Assembly: GCA_040954595.2 (NCBI GenBank)
Contig: CM082580.2
Location: forward strand, 1,044,783-1,108,782
Length of the DNA: 64,000 nt
Direction: 5' to 3'
Source: Balanoglossus misakiensis
Lineage: Eukaryota > Animalia > Hemichordata
The notes under the pieces were generated by a model that saw only the letters and a program-made list of their open reading frames with translations, did no database searches and had not been told where the DNA came from. Numbering within the stretch: the first letter of the stretch is position 1; each line of letters starts with the position of its first letter. The position numbers and the translations under genes are program-made. Below are positions 1 to 14,027 of this stretch, piece by piece.

Positions 1-3000
1 CATCGCCATTCCCCCTAATGCAAAGAATCAGATTCAATGTCACCCTTGCATTAGCAATTTTAAATTACAGTGCTTTTGGACATGTATTAACCTAGGGATT
101 TTCAATCAACTTTAAATCCCCATATGCGTTATATTCCATTGTCAATGTGAAGGGCTTGAAACACCATCTGTCCTGATGCATCATCAAGCTTGCTTCACAA
201 TTTACCCCGATGGAAAGAATCAGATTTAATGTCACGGTAGCATTAGCAATGTCAAACTACAGTGCTTATGGCCACGTATCAACCTGGGGATTTACAATCA
301 ACTTTAAATCCCCATATGCGTTATATTCCAATGTCAATGTGAAGGGCTTGAAATACCATCTACCCTGATCCATCATCAAGCTGCTTCCCCATTTGCCCTG
401 ATGCAAAGAATCAGATATAGTGTCAACATTGCATTAGCAATGTCAAATTACAGTGCTTTTGGACACGTATTAACACAGGGATTTATAATCTACTTGAAAT
501 CCCTATATGCTTTTTATACCCATGTCTAAGCGAAGTGTTTGCATCACTATCTACTGTGATGCATCATCAAGCATGCTTCGCCATTTACGCTGATGCAAAG
601 AATCAGATTCAATGTCACCATTGCATTAGCAATGTCAAATTACTGTGCTTTTGGCCATGTATAAACATCGGGATTTATAATCAACTTGAAATCCCCATAT
701 GCTTTTTATACCCATGTCAAAGCGAAGTGTTTGCATCACTATCTACAGTAATGCATCGTCAAGCATGCTTCGCCATTTGCCCTAATGCAAAGAATCACAT
801 TAAATGTCACTGTTGCATTCGCAATGTCAAATTACTGTGCTTTTGGCCACGTATTAACCTGGCGATTTACAGTCAACTTTAAATCCCCATATGCATTATA
901 TTCCAATGTCAATGTGAAGGGCTTGAAAAACCATCTACCCTGATGCATCATCAAGTTTGTTTCGCCATTAACCCTGATGCAAATAATCAGTGTCACCATA
1001 GCATTAGCAATGGCAAATAAAAGTGCTTTCGGCCACATATTAACCCAGGGATTTATAATCAACTTGAAATCCCCATATGAATTTTATACCTATGTCAAAG
1101 CGAAGTGCTTGCATCAATATCTACCGTGATGCATCATCAAGCTTGCTTCGCCATTTGCCCTAATGCAAAGAATCAGATTCAATGTCACCCTTGCATTAGC
1201 AATGTCAAATTACAGTTCGTTTGGCCGTATACTAACCTGGGGATTTACAATCAACTTTAAATCCCCATATGCATTATATTCTAATGTCAATGTGAAGGGC
1301 TTGAAACACCATCTATCCTGATGCATCATCAAGCTTGCTTCACCATTTTCCCTGATGCAAAGAATCAGATTTAGTATCACGGTAGCATTAGCAATGTCAA
1401 ATTACAGTGCCTATGGCCACGTATTAACCTCGGGATGTACGGACAACTTTAAATACCCTTGCATATACATTTAATACCTATGTCAAAATGCAGAGCTTGC
1501 ATCACCATATACTCCAATGCATTATTAAGCTTGCTTCGCCATTTTCCCTGATGCAAAGAATCAGATTAAATGTCACCGTTGTATTAGCAATGTCAAATTA
1601 AAGTGCTTTTGGACTTGTATTAACCCAGGGATTTACAGTCAACTTTTAATCCCCCTGTATACATTTTAAACCCCGGTGTCAAAGTTTAGTGATTGCATCA
1701 CCATTGACCCTGGTGCATCATCAAGCATTCTTCAGAATTTGCCCTGATGCAAAGAATCAGATTCAATGTCACCCTTGCATTAGCAATTTTAAATTACAGT
1801 GCTTTTGGACATGTATTAACCTAGGGATTTACAGTCAACATTAAATACCCATGCACATGCATTAAATACCTATGTCAAAATGCATAGCTTGCATCACCAT
1901 CTACTCCAATGCATCATTAAGCTTGCTTAGCCATTTCCCCTAATGCAAAGAATTACATTCAATGTCACCATTTCATTAGCAATGTCAAATTACAGTGCTT
2001 TTGGATGCGTATTAACCCAAGGATTTGTAATCAACTTGAAATCCCCATATGCATTTAATACCCATGTCAAAGTGAACTGTTTGCATCACTATCTACCGTG
2101 ATGCATCATCAAGCCTGCATCGCCATTTACCCTTATGCATAGAATCAGATTCAATGTCACCGTTGCATTAGCAATGTCAAATAAAAGTGCTTTTGGCCAT
2201 TATTAACCTAGGGATTTACAATCAACTTTAAATCCCCATATGCATTATATTCAAAAGTCAATGTGAAGGGCTTGGAACACCATCTATCCTGATGCATCAT
2301 CACGTTTGCTTCACCATTTATCCATATTCAATGTCACCCTTGCATTAGTAATTTTATATTACAGTGCTTTTGGCCATGTATTAACCTCGGGATTTAGAGT
2401 CAACTTTAAATATCAATGCGCATGCATTAAATACCCATGTCAAAGTGAAGTGTTTGCATCACTATCTACTGAGATGCATCATCAAGCTTGCATCGCCATT
2501 TACCCTGATGCAAAGACTCAGATTCAATATCATCGTTGCATTAGCAATGTCAAATTACAGTGCTTATGGCCACGTATTAACCTGAGGATTTACAGTCAAC
2601 ATTAAATCCCCATATGCATTATATTCAAAAGTCAATGTGAAGGGCTTGGAACACCATCTATCCTGATGCATCATCACGTTTGCTTCACCATTTATCCATA
2701 TTCAATGTCACCCTTGCATTAGTAATTTTAAATTACAGTGCTTTTGGCCATGTATTAACCTCGGGATTTAGAGTCAACTTTAAATATCAATGCGCATGCA
2801 TTAAATACCCATGTCAAAGTGAAGTGTTTGCATCACTATCTACTGAGATGCATCATCAAGCTTGCATCGCCATTTACCCTGATGCAAAGACTCAGATTCA
2901 ATATCATCGTTGCATTAGCAATGTCAAATTACAGTGCTTATGGCCATGTATTAACCTGAGGATTTACAGTCAACATTAAATACCCATGCATATGCATTAA

Positions 3001-6000
3001 ATACCTATGTCAAAGTGCAGAGCTTGCATCACCATCTACTCTGATGCACCATTAGGCTTGCTACGCCATTTCCCCTAATGCAAAGAATCACATTCAATGT
3101 CACCATTGCATTAGCAATTTTAAATTACAGTGCTTTTGGCCATGTATTAACCTGGGGATTTACAATCAACTTTAAATCCCCATATGCGTTATATTCCAAT
3201 GTCAATGTGAAGGGCTTGAAACACCATCTATCATGATACATCATCAAGCTTGCTTCACAATTTACCCTGATGCAAAGAATCAGATTTAGTATCACGGTAG
3301 CATTAGCAATGTCAAATTACAGTGATTATGGCCACTTATTAACCTGGGGATTTACAGACAACTTTAAATACCCATGCATATACATTTAATACCTATGTCA
3401 AAATGCAGAGCTTGCATCACCATATACTCCGATGCATTATTAAGCTTGCTTCACCATTTGCCCTGATGCAAAGAATCAGTTTAAATGTCACCGTTGTATT
3501 ATCAATGTCAAATTACGGTGCTTTTGGACTTGTATTAACCTGGGGATTTACAGTCAACTTTTAATCCCCCTGTATACATTTTAAACCCCGGTGTCAAAGT
3601 TTAGTGATTGCATCACCATTGACCCTGGTGCATCATCAAGCATTCTTCAGAATTTGCCCTGATGCAAAGAATCAGATTCAATATCACCCTTGCATTAGCA
3701 ATTTTAAATTACAGTGCTTTTGGACATGTGTTAACCTGGGGATTTACAGTCAACATTAAATACCCATGCATAGGCATTAAATACCTATGTCACAATGCAT
3801 AGCTTACATCACCATCTACTCTGATGCACCATTATGCTCGCTACGCCAATTCCCCTAATGCAAAGAATGACATTCAATGTCACCATTGCATTTGCAATTG
3901 TAAATTACAGTGCTTTTGGCCATGTATTAACCTAGGGATTTTCAATCAACTTTAAATCCCCATATGCGTTATATTCCATTGTCAATGTGAAGGGCTTGAA
4001 ACACCATCTGTCCTGATGCATCATCAAGCTTGCTTCACAATTTACCCCGATGGAAAGAATCAGATTTAATGTCATGGTAGCATTAGCAATGTCAAACTAC
4101 AGTGCTTATGGCCACGTATCAACCTGGGGATTTACAATCAACTTTAAATCCCCATATGCGTTATATTCCAATGTCAATGTGAAGGGCTTGAAATACCATC
4201 TACCCTGATGCATCATCAAGTTTGTTTTGACAACTTTAAATCCCCCTCAGCATGCATTTAATCCCCATGTCAAAGTGCAGAGCTTGCATCACCATCTATC
4301 CTGATGCATCATCAAGCTGCTTCGCCATTTGCCCTGATGCAAAGAATCAGATATAGTGTCACCATTGCATAAGCAATGTCAAATTACAGTGCTTTTGGAC
4401 ACGTATTAACACAGGGATTTATAATCTATTTGAAATCCCTATATGCTTTTTATACCCATGTCTAAGCGAAGTGTTTGCATCACTATCTACTGTGATGCAT
4501 CGTCAAGCATGCTTCGCCATTTGCCTTAATGCAAAGAATCAGATTAAATGTCACTGTTGCATTCGCAATGTCAAATTACTGTGCTTTTGGCCACGTATTA
4601 ACCTGGCGATTTACAGTCAACTTTAAACATCTGTGCATATGCATTAAATACGCATGTCAAAGTGCAGTGTCTCCATCACCATTGATCCTGATGCATCACC
4701 AAGCATGCTTCGCTATATGCCCTGATGCAAAGAATCAGATTTAGTATCACAGTAGCATTAGCCATGTCAAATTACAGTGCTTTTGGCTATGTATTAACCT
4801 GGGGATTTACAATCAACTTTAAATCCCCATATGCATTATATTCCAATGTCAATGTGAAGGGCTTGAAATACCATCTACCCTGATGCATCATCAAGTTTGT
4901 TTCGCCATTAACCCTGATGCAAATAATCAGTGTCACCATAGCATCAGCAATGTCAAATTACTGAGCATTTGGCCATGTATTAACTTGCGGGTTTACAATC
5001 AACTTCAAATCCCCATATGCATTATATTGCAATGTTAACTTGAACGGCTTGAAACACCATCTATACTGATGCATCATCAAGCTTTCTTCACAATTTACCC
5101 TGATGCAAAGAATCAGATTTAGTGTCGCCATAGCATTAGCAATGGCAAATAAAAGTGCTTTCGGCCACATATTAACCCAGGGATTTATAATCAACTTGAA
5201 ATCCCTATATGAATTTTATACCTATGTCAAAGCGAAGTGCTTGCATCAATATCTACCGTGATGCATCATCAAGCTTGCTTCGCCATTTGCCCTAATGCAA
5301 AGAATCAGATTCAATGTCACTGTTGCATTAGCAATGTCAAATTATAGTGCGTTTGGCCGTATAGTAACCTGGGGATTTACAATCAACTTTAAATCCCCAT
5401 ATGCATTATATTCTAATGTCAATGTGAAGGGCTTGAAACACCATCTATCATGATGCATCATCAAGCTTGCTTCACCATTTTCCCTGATGCAAAAAATCAG
5501 ATTTAGTGTCATGGTAGCATTAGCAAATCCCTATATGCATTTGATACCCATGTCAAAGTGAAGTGTTTGCATCACTATCTACCGTGATGCATCATCAAGC
5601 TTGCATCGCCATTCACCCTTATGCAAAGAATCAGATTCAATGTCACCGTTGCATTAGCAATGTCAAATTACAGTGCTTATGGCCACGTATTAACCTGAGG
5701 ATTTACAGTCAACATTAAATACCCATGCATATCCATTAAATACCTATGTCAAAGTGTAGAGCTTGCATCACCATTTACTCTGATGCACCATTAGGCTTGC
5801 TACGCCATTTCCCCTAATGCAAAGAATCACATTCAATGTCACCATTGCATTAGCAATTTTAAATTACAGTGTTTTTGGCCATGTATTAACCTATGGATTT
5901 GCAATTAACTTTAAATCCCCATATGCGTTATATTCCAATGTCAAGTGAAGGGCTTGAAACACCATCTATCCTGATGCATCATCAAGCTTGCTTCACAATT

Positions 6001-9000
6001 TACCCTGATGCAAAAAATCACATTCAGCGTCACCATTTCATTAGCAATGTCAAATTACAGTGCTTATTGCCACGTATTAACCTGGGAATTTACAGACAAC
6101 TTTAAATACCCATGCATATACATTAAATACCTATGTCAAAGTGCAGAGCTTGCATCACCATCTACTCTGATGCATCATTAGGTTTGCATCGCCATTCCCC
6201 ATAATGCAAAGAATCAGATTCAATGTCACCCTTGCATTAGCAATTTTAAATTACAGTGCTTTTGGACATATATTAACCTGGGGATTTACAGTCGACATTA
6301 AATACCCATGCATATGCATTAAATATCTATGTCAAAGTGCAGAGCTTGCATCACCATCTACTCTGATGTACCATTATGCTTGCTACGCCATTTCCCCTAA
6401 TGCAAAGAATGACATTCAATGTCACCATTGCATTTGCAATTTTAAATTACAGTGCTTTTGGCCATGTATTAACCTAGGGATTTTCAATCAACTTTAAATC
6501 CCCATATGCGTTATATTCCATTGTCAATGTGAAGGGCTTGAAACACCATCTGTCCTGATGCATCATCAAGCTTGCTTCACAATTTACCCCGATGGAAAGA
6601 ATCAGATTTAATGTCACGGTAGCATTAGCAATGTCAAACTACAGTGCTTATGGCCACGTATCAACCTGGGGATTTACAATCAACTTTAAATCCCCATATG
6701 CGTTATATTCCAATGTCAATGTGAAGGGCTTGAAATACCTTCTACCCTGATGCATCATCAAGTTTGTTTTGACAACTTTAAATCCCCCTCAGCATGCATT
6801 TAATCCTCATGTCAAAGTGCAGAGCTTGCATCACCATCTATCCTGATGCATCATCAAGCTGCTTCGCCATTAACCCTGATGCAAATAATCAGTGTCACCA
6901 TAGCATTAGCAATGGCAAATAAAAGTGCTTTCGGCCACATATTAACCCGGGGATTTATAATCAACTTGAAATCCCCATATGAATTTTATACCTATGTCAA
7001 AGCGAAGTGCTTGCATCAATATCTACCGTGATGCATCATCAAGCTTGCTTCGCCATTTGCCCTAATGCAAAGAATCAGATTCAATGTCACTGTAGCATTA
7101 GCAATGTCAAATTACAGTGCTTTTGGCCATACAATCAACTTTAAATCCCCATGTGCGTTATATTCCAATGTCAATGTGAAGGGCTTGAAACACCATCTAT
7201 CATGATACATCATCAAGCTTGCTTCACAATTTACCCTGATGCAAAGAATCAGATTTAGTATCACGGTAGCATTAGCAATGTCAAATTACAGTGCCTATGG
7301 CCACGTATTAACCTCGGGATTTACGGACAACTTTAAATACCCATGCATATACATTTAATACCTATGTCAAAGTGCAGAGCTTGCATCACCATTTACTCCG
7401 ATGCATTATTAAGCTTGCTTCACCATTTTCCCTGATGCAAAGAATCAGATTAAATGTCACCGTTGTATTAGCAATGTCAAATTAAAGTGCTTTTGGACTT
7501 GTATTAACCTGGGGATTTACAGTCAACTTTTAATCCCCCTGTATACATTTTAAACCCCGGTGTAAAAGTTTAGTGATTGCATCACCATTGACCCTGGTGC
7601 ATCATCAAGCATTCTTCAGAATTTGCCCTGATGCAAAGAATCAGATTCAATGTCACCCTTGCATTAGCAATTTTAAATTACAGTGCTTTTGGACATGTAT
7701 TAACCTAGGGATTTACAGTCAACATTAAATACCCATGCACATGCATTAAATACCTATGTCAAAATGCATAGCTTGCATCACCATCTACTCCAATGCATCA
7801 TTAAACTTTTAGCCATTTCCCCTAATGCAAAGAATTACATTCAATGTCACCATTTCATTAGCAATGTCAAACTACAGTGCTTTTGGGTGCGTATTAACCC
7901 AGGGATTTGTAATCAACTTGAAATCCCCATATGCATTTAATACCCATGTCAGAGTGAACTGTTTGCATCACTATCTACCGTGATGCATCATCAAGCCTGT
8001 ATCGCCATTTACCCTGATGCATAGAATCAGATTCAATGTCACCATTTCATTAGCAATGTCAAACTACAGTGCTTTTGGGTGCGTATTAACCCAGGGATTT
8101 GTAATCAACTTGAAATCCCCATATGCATTTAATACCCATGTCAGAGTGAACTGTTTGCATCACTATCTACCGTGATGCATCATCAAGCCTGTATCGCCAT
8201 TTACCCTGATGCATAGAATCAGATTCAATGTCACCGTTGCATTAGCAATGTCAAATAAAAGTGCTTTTGGCCATGTATTAACCTAGGGATTTACAATCAA
8301 CTTTAAATCCCCATATGCATTATATTCAAAAGTCAATGTGAAGGGCTTCAAACACCATCTATCCTGATGCATCATCACGTTTGCTTCACCATTTATCCAT
8401 ATTCAATGTCACGCTTGCATTAGTAATTTTAAATTACAGTGCTTTTGGCCATGTATTAACCTCGGGATTTAGAGTCAACTTTAAATATCAATGCGCATGC
8501 ATTAAATACCCATGTCAAAGTGAAGTGTTTGCATCACTATCTACCGGGATGCATCATCAAGCTTGCATCGCCATTTACCCTGATGCAAAGAATCAGATTC
8601 AATATCATCGTTGCATTAGCAATGTCAAATTACAGTGCTTATGGCCACGTATTAACCTGAGGATATACAATCAACTTTAAATCCCCATATGCGTTATATT
8701 CCAATGTCAATGTGAAGGGCTTGAAACACCATCTATCATGATGCATCATCAAGCTTGCTTCACAATTTACCCTGATGCAAGAATCAGATTTAGTGTCACG
8801 GTAGCATTAGCAATGTCAAATTACAGTGCTTTTGGCCACGTATTAACCTGGGGATTTACAGTCAACATTAAATACCCATGCACATGCATTAAATACCTAT
8901 GTCAAAGTGAAGTGTTTGCATCAATATCTACCTGGCTGCATCATCAAGCTTGCATCGCCATTCCCCCTAATGCAAAGAATCAGATTCAATGTCATCGTTG

Positions 9001-9112
9001 CATTAGCAATGTCAAATAAAATTGCTTTTGGACACGTATTAACCCAGGGATTTCAGTCAACTTTTAGTATCCCTGTATGCATTTTAAACCCCGGTGTCAA
9101 CGTTTAGTGATT
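1..9112. repeat. Satellite DNA array, ~192-bp monomer (~47 copies), with higher-order structure; runs off the window start
   Basis: GCATTAGCAATGTCAAATTACAGTGC-type motif recurs at 48, 240, 431, 623... (period 191-192). Diagnostic variants recur (CCCCGGTGT variant at ~1671, 3586, 7555, 9089). A 374-bp near-exact duplication gives the twin ORFs at 2306 and 2680. Confidence 0.97.
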
Positions 9113-9180
9113 AACTTCTTTGCTATTTAAACATTACATTTTGAGTAAAAGGGGTGAAATGGGATTAAAGTTTATAGTGA

Positions 9181-9264
9181 CATATCGAAAAGAATCTATT
9201 TGAATTCGTTCATTTCTGAAATCATATCGAAAAGAATCTATTTCAATTCGTTCATATCTGAAAT
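9181..9264. repeat. 42-bp tandem duplication
   Basis: CATATCGAAAAGAATCTATTT(G/C)AATTCGTTCAT(T/A)TCTGAAAT starts at 9181 and 9223. Confidence 0.9.
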
Positions 9265-10139
9265 ATGATAATACGAATATGCATGTTTTATTCGCCATAT
9301 ATGAACACCAATGAAAAGTTATGTTTCCAGCTTAGGTATCGGTGGATTTGAACCACCTGACATCAGAAGACGCCTCCAGAATACCTTTAAATTGGTTGCA
9401 TAATTTTCATGTGAATGTTCATAATATAGCGAGTGATTAATCCCTAATTTATTGTTTTGGGGGGGGGGGGGTGGGGGGGGGGGGGAGTTCAAGTAGCATA
9501 TCTTGCAGGCCAATTTGAAACAATGTGTCATGTGGTTAAACTGAAAGAAATTAACCAATATAGTTTCAGCTCTTTTTGAAACAAGGTGTCATTTGGTTGA
9601 ACAATGGGCCAGTCAAAATAGCATCTGCTAATTATGCACACAATAGTGTGATGGGTTAGTGGGTTAAGTTTACTTTTACCTTAGCGTTATATAACACACT
9701 ATCGTGTACATAATCTCGCAGAGCTCATTCACAATTGTTTTAAAATAAAGCAAGATAACTACATGTATGATAACACACATCTAATTTACGCGCCTAAAGG
9801 GCAGTTAAAAAACCTCATACCAATTACAAAAGAGGGAAAAAAAACTGTCCTCTCCTCCTCTCACCCCATGATCTAAGCTAAATTTGGAATTTGGATGGGG
9901 TGGGGAGGTTAAGCTAACCTAACATTGTGCTAACATTTTCTGCCTGTCTGTCGCGTACAATGTGTCGATGCGCGAATACAATCACGGGTACCGTTGCTAG
10001 AAATTCCACCGAATAACGATGCTGACGAGTATTATCTATCTGAGAAATAATAGCATGTTATTCATAAAATATACACATTAACCAATGAATGAACCAACAT
10101 GATTATTAGACCTTGGACACTTATTTAACATTTTATCAT

Positions 10140-10610
10140 TATTATACCTCTGTCATCATCATCAATATTAACACCCTTTTTATACTTAATATCACCATAA
10201 GCCATCACCACAATTATTAATCGTTATTATACCCTTGCACAATTGTTACCCTTATTAAACCCGACACAGTTATTACTATTATTATACCCTTCTCATTCAT
10301 ATACCCATTATAACCTGTGTACACAAGCCATCATCATATTATAAACCCGTTATACCTTTATACCACATTTGTTACCCTAATATTATTCCCTTCATACAAG
10401 CAACCGTTGTTACCCCTTTATAACCTGTGTACACTCAAATTTTACCATAAAACCATCATCACATTTGTAACCCTTTTATTAAACCAAATTCAAATTTGTT
10501 CACCGTTATTATACCATACACATTTCGGAACCTATTATCATACCCTGCACAAAGCCATTGCTGTTAACCTAATTTTAAAACAAGTAATCACTACCAATTA
10601 TTAACCCGAT
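10140..10610. repeat. Degenerate low-complexity tract, G-poor on the + strand
   Basis: Many variants of TTATACCC/TTACCC/TAACCC with very few G. Confidence 0.6.
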
Positions 10611-10703
10611 TTATTGGACTATTAAGTTTTATATTACGATCACCTCGTTTTGTACGTCTATATTACTCTATCTTATAATTTTGGTCAATAGGATATTATG
10701 TTG

Positions 10704-11250
10704 AAACTCCACTTCTCCATTCTTCCACTTCTCCATCCTTTAGGTTGACGCTCCATCCATCCATCCATCAAAGTTTATATTAGTAGGTTGACTATGGTTG
10801 ACTCTCCGCTCCATCCTCCCATCAAATTTTACGTTAGTTGGTTGATTATGGTGTTACCAGTGTGCCCTACAGGAAAGAAAAAGAGGAAAAAACAGAGAAA
10901 AAACTCCACTTCTCCATCCTTCCACTTCTCCATCCTTTAAGTTGACGCTCCGCGGCACCATCCATCCATCAAAGTTTATATTTTAGTAAGTTGACTATGG
11001 TTGACGCTCCGCTCCATCCATCCATCAAAGTTTATATTAGTAGGTTGACTATGGTTGACGCTCCGCTCCATTCATCCATCAAAGTTTATATTAGTAGGTT
11101 GACTATGGTTGACGCTCCCCTCCATCCATCCATCAAAGTTTATATTAGTAGGTTGACTATGGTTGACACTCCGCTCCATCCATCCATCAAATTTTACGTT
11201 AGTAGGTTGATTATGGTGTTACCATTGGGGCCTACAGGGAAAAAAAGAAA
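10704..11250. repeat. 54-bp minisatellite inside a duplicated ~200-bp unit
   Basis: GACTATGGTTGACGCTCCGCTCCATCCATCCATCAAAGTTTATATTAGTAGGTT repeated (18-aa period in ORF 10991). Unit start AAACTCCACTTCTCCAT at 10704 and 10901. Confidence 0.9.
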
Positions 11251-14027
11251 AAAAAGAGAAAAGAAGAGAAAAAAAGAAAGAAAGAAAGAAAGAGAGAGAG
11301 AAGGAGAAGAGTACCGGTGGGACCTACAAAAAAAAAAGAATGAAAGAATTAAATGCATGAAATCAATGATAATAATAGGATTAATTTGGCAAGCCAGCCC
11401 AACCCAACATACTGCGGGTCAAGGGGTACATATCGTCAATTAATGAAAAAAAAATAAAGTGCAACAAACATTGGCTAGGTCAAAGCAGTTCCTATGGATA
11501 CCAGAGAGTGCCAATGCTGTATCTGCTATGTATATAGGAAAGCAGATCAAAGGTCACCAAGAGCTCACCCAAAATTGTCAACAAATGTTTCTTCCAAAAT
11601 TATCAGTGTAAAATGAAAAACAAGACTTCTGGCTCTATTGGTTAACCTGGTAATTAGGTGTTCCAGCCCTCAAAATTTGAAGGCGTTATCTGCTGTGCAT
11701 GCCAAGGCAGGGAAAATAGGTTTAAGGTAACCAAAGCTAACAAAAATGTCAGAAAAAAATGTGATCGCATACTGGTGAATGTTCAAGAAAACCCAGACTC
11801 AAAGCTTCATTATCTAGTCTACAATTACGTAAGCACATATTTATAAGGTTATCATTGGTCAAGAAATTCAGCAAAAAAATTAAGTCCAATAGTAGAGCAT
11901 GTTCATAAAAAATTCAACCTGTAACAATATGGGTAAGCTCAGCATTAGATATTCACATATTTAATAAGCTCAACATTGGTCCAGTGGATTCCAAATGTAA
12001 CAAAAAAAGCTAAGTCCCATACTTGTCCATATACATCAAAAACCAAACCTCTAGTGCTATTAGTCTAGTCGCCATAAGATATTCAGAAAAGAATACAGGT
12101 GCCAAACTTAGGACAAAGTTCAATGCCAATATTATCAAACAATTTGGGTTATGTCCTGGCAGCAGTACTATTCGTGTGAAAAATAAATCATCACTGTTTT
12201 GCTTTTCAACAAGAGGCATATCCACGAATAATTAAGTTCTGAAAAAAAAATGGATCAAAGTACATGCGAAAGTTGCCAAAAAATGCAACGTATTCTGGTC
12301 ATATGGTGACTCGTATCTATAAAAAGAATTGGTGTGCAATCAAAGTTTTTAATCAGAATTCATAAAATCCAATTTGGCTTCAATAAACTTTAATTAAGTT
12401 CTGAAAGATCTGGATCAAAAGACAAATGAAAGTTGCCTAAAAATTTGTATTATTAAGTGTTGGAAAAACTGGATTAAAGGACATGTGCAATATGCCAAAA
12501 ATGGTAACATATTCTGGTCATATAGTGAGTCATATACATATAAATAATGTTTGTGCTATCAATGAGTAGGCCATAAATAGGAAATCTTAGTTTTAAATCG
12601 TTGTTCAGAAAATCCAATTTGGCTCCAATAAGGTTTAACCAATCACAATTCACTTGAAAACTTGATTAGAAAAAGTGTTTTAATGATATTTTTCAAAAAT
12701 CTAATAAGGAATTCTAAGTCACATGACTACTAGCAATATTACAGTCAAACTTTGAACTGCACAGTATATTCGAACTTGATTGTCCCTGTAGTTTTGGAAA
12801 AGAACTGTCATCTTTTAAAGGTTATCAGAAAATCCAATATGGCCACCCTGAAGAAGACAATTAAAGGAACATGCAGCATTACAGGGACCAAAGCAGTTAG
12901 CATGGTTCCAACAGAAAGCAAACTCTGTATCTGTTGTGGATGCTTAGAAATGGTAGGTAAGCCAGAGGTCACGGAAATTTGTGGCAACAAATTTTGACAT
13001 CAAACTGATCAGTGTTCAACAAAAAAACAGACTTTTATTCTCAATTGGTTAACTAGAAAAAGCTTATGTACACAACTTTTGTGTTAAAGTTTAATACTTT
13101 ATTAGGTGTTTAAGGCCTAAAAATCTGAAGGCTGTATCTGTTGTGCAGGCCAGGTTATGGGAAAGTACATCAAAGGTCATTGCCAAAATTATCAAAATAT
13201 TTGGGTTATGTCCTGGCAGCAGTAGTACTCTTTGAACAAAATCATGACTGTTGAGCTTTTTATCAAGAGCCATATCCACATAAAATTAAGTTATGGAATT
13301 ACTGGATCAAAGGACATGCGAGAGTCACCAACAAATTGTTTAATCAAATACTGAAAAAAAACTGGATCAAAGAACATATGAAAGTTGTCAAAAAATGTAA
13401 CATATTCTAGTCATATGGTGACTCGTATCCACAGAAAGAATTTGTGTGCTTTCAATGAGTAGGATAAAAAAAGGAATTTTAGCTTTTAATCGGAGTTCAG
13501 AAAATCCAATTTGGCTCTGATAAGGTTAAACCAATCACAATTCACTTGAAAACTTGATTAGAAAAAGATTTTCGTAATTTTTGAATGAGATTTTTAAAAA
13601 ATCCAATAAGGCACCAAAAGTCACATGACCACTAATGATATTTTATCAAACTTTCAACCGCACAGTAAATTAGAACTTGATTGGCCCTGTAGTTTATGAA
13701 AATGTCAACCTTTAAAGCTTATTAGAAAATCCAATATGGCCGCCATGAAGAAGACAATTACAACTAAAAGTAGCATTGGAGGGACCAAGGTGTTAAGCAT
13801 GGTTCAAACAGAAAGCAGAGGCTGTGTCTGTTGTGGATGCCCAGAAATGGTAAAGTACGCCAGAGGTGAGGCAAAATGTGCCAACAAAATTTGATACCAA
13901 ACTGATCAGTGTCCAACAAAAAGCAGACTTCTACGCTTTATTGGTTAACTTTAAATAGCTCATATACATAATTAGTGTGTTAAAGTTAACACATGCACTT
14001 CATTAGGTGTTCCAGTCCTCTAAATTT

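Noticed and set aside
535-9107. Repeated Cys/His-rich ORFs (MHHQAC...)
   Set aside because: Chance frames of the 192-bp satellite (a multiple of 3), with frequent stops and no domain pattern.
10991-11443. 150-aa ORF with 18-aa repeats and a basic tail
   Set aside because: Translation of a 54-bp minisatellite plus a purine-rich tract.
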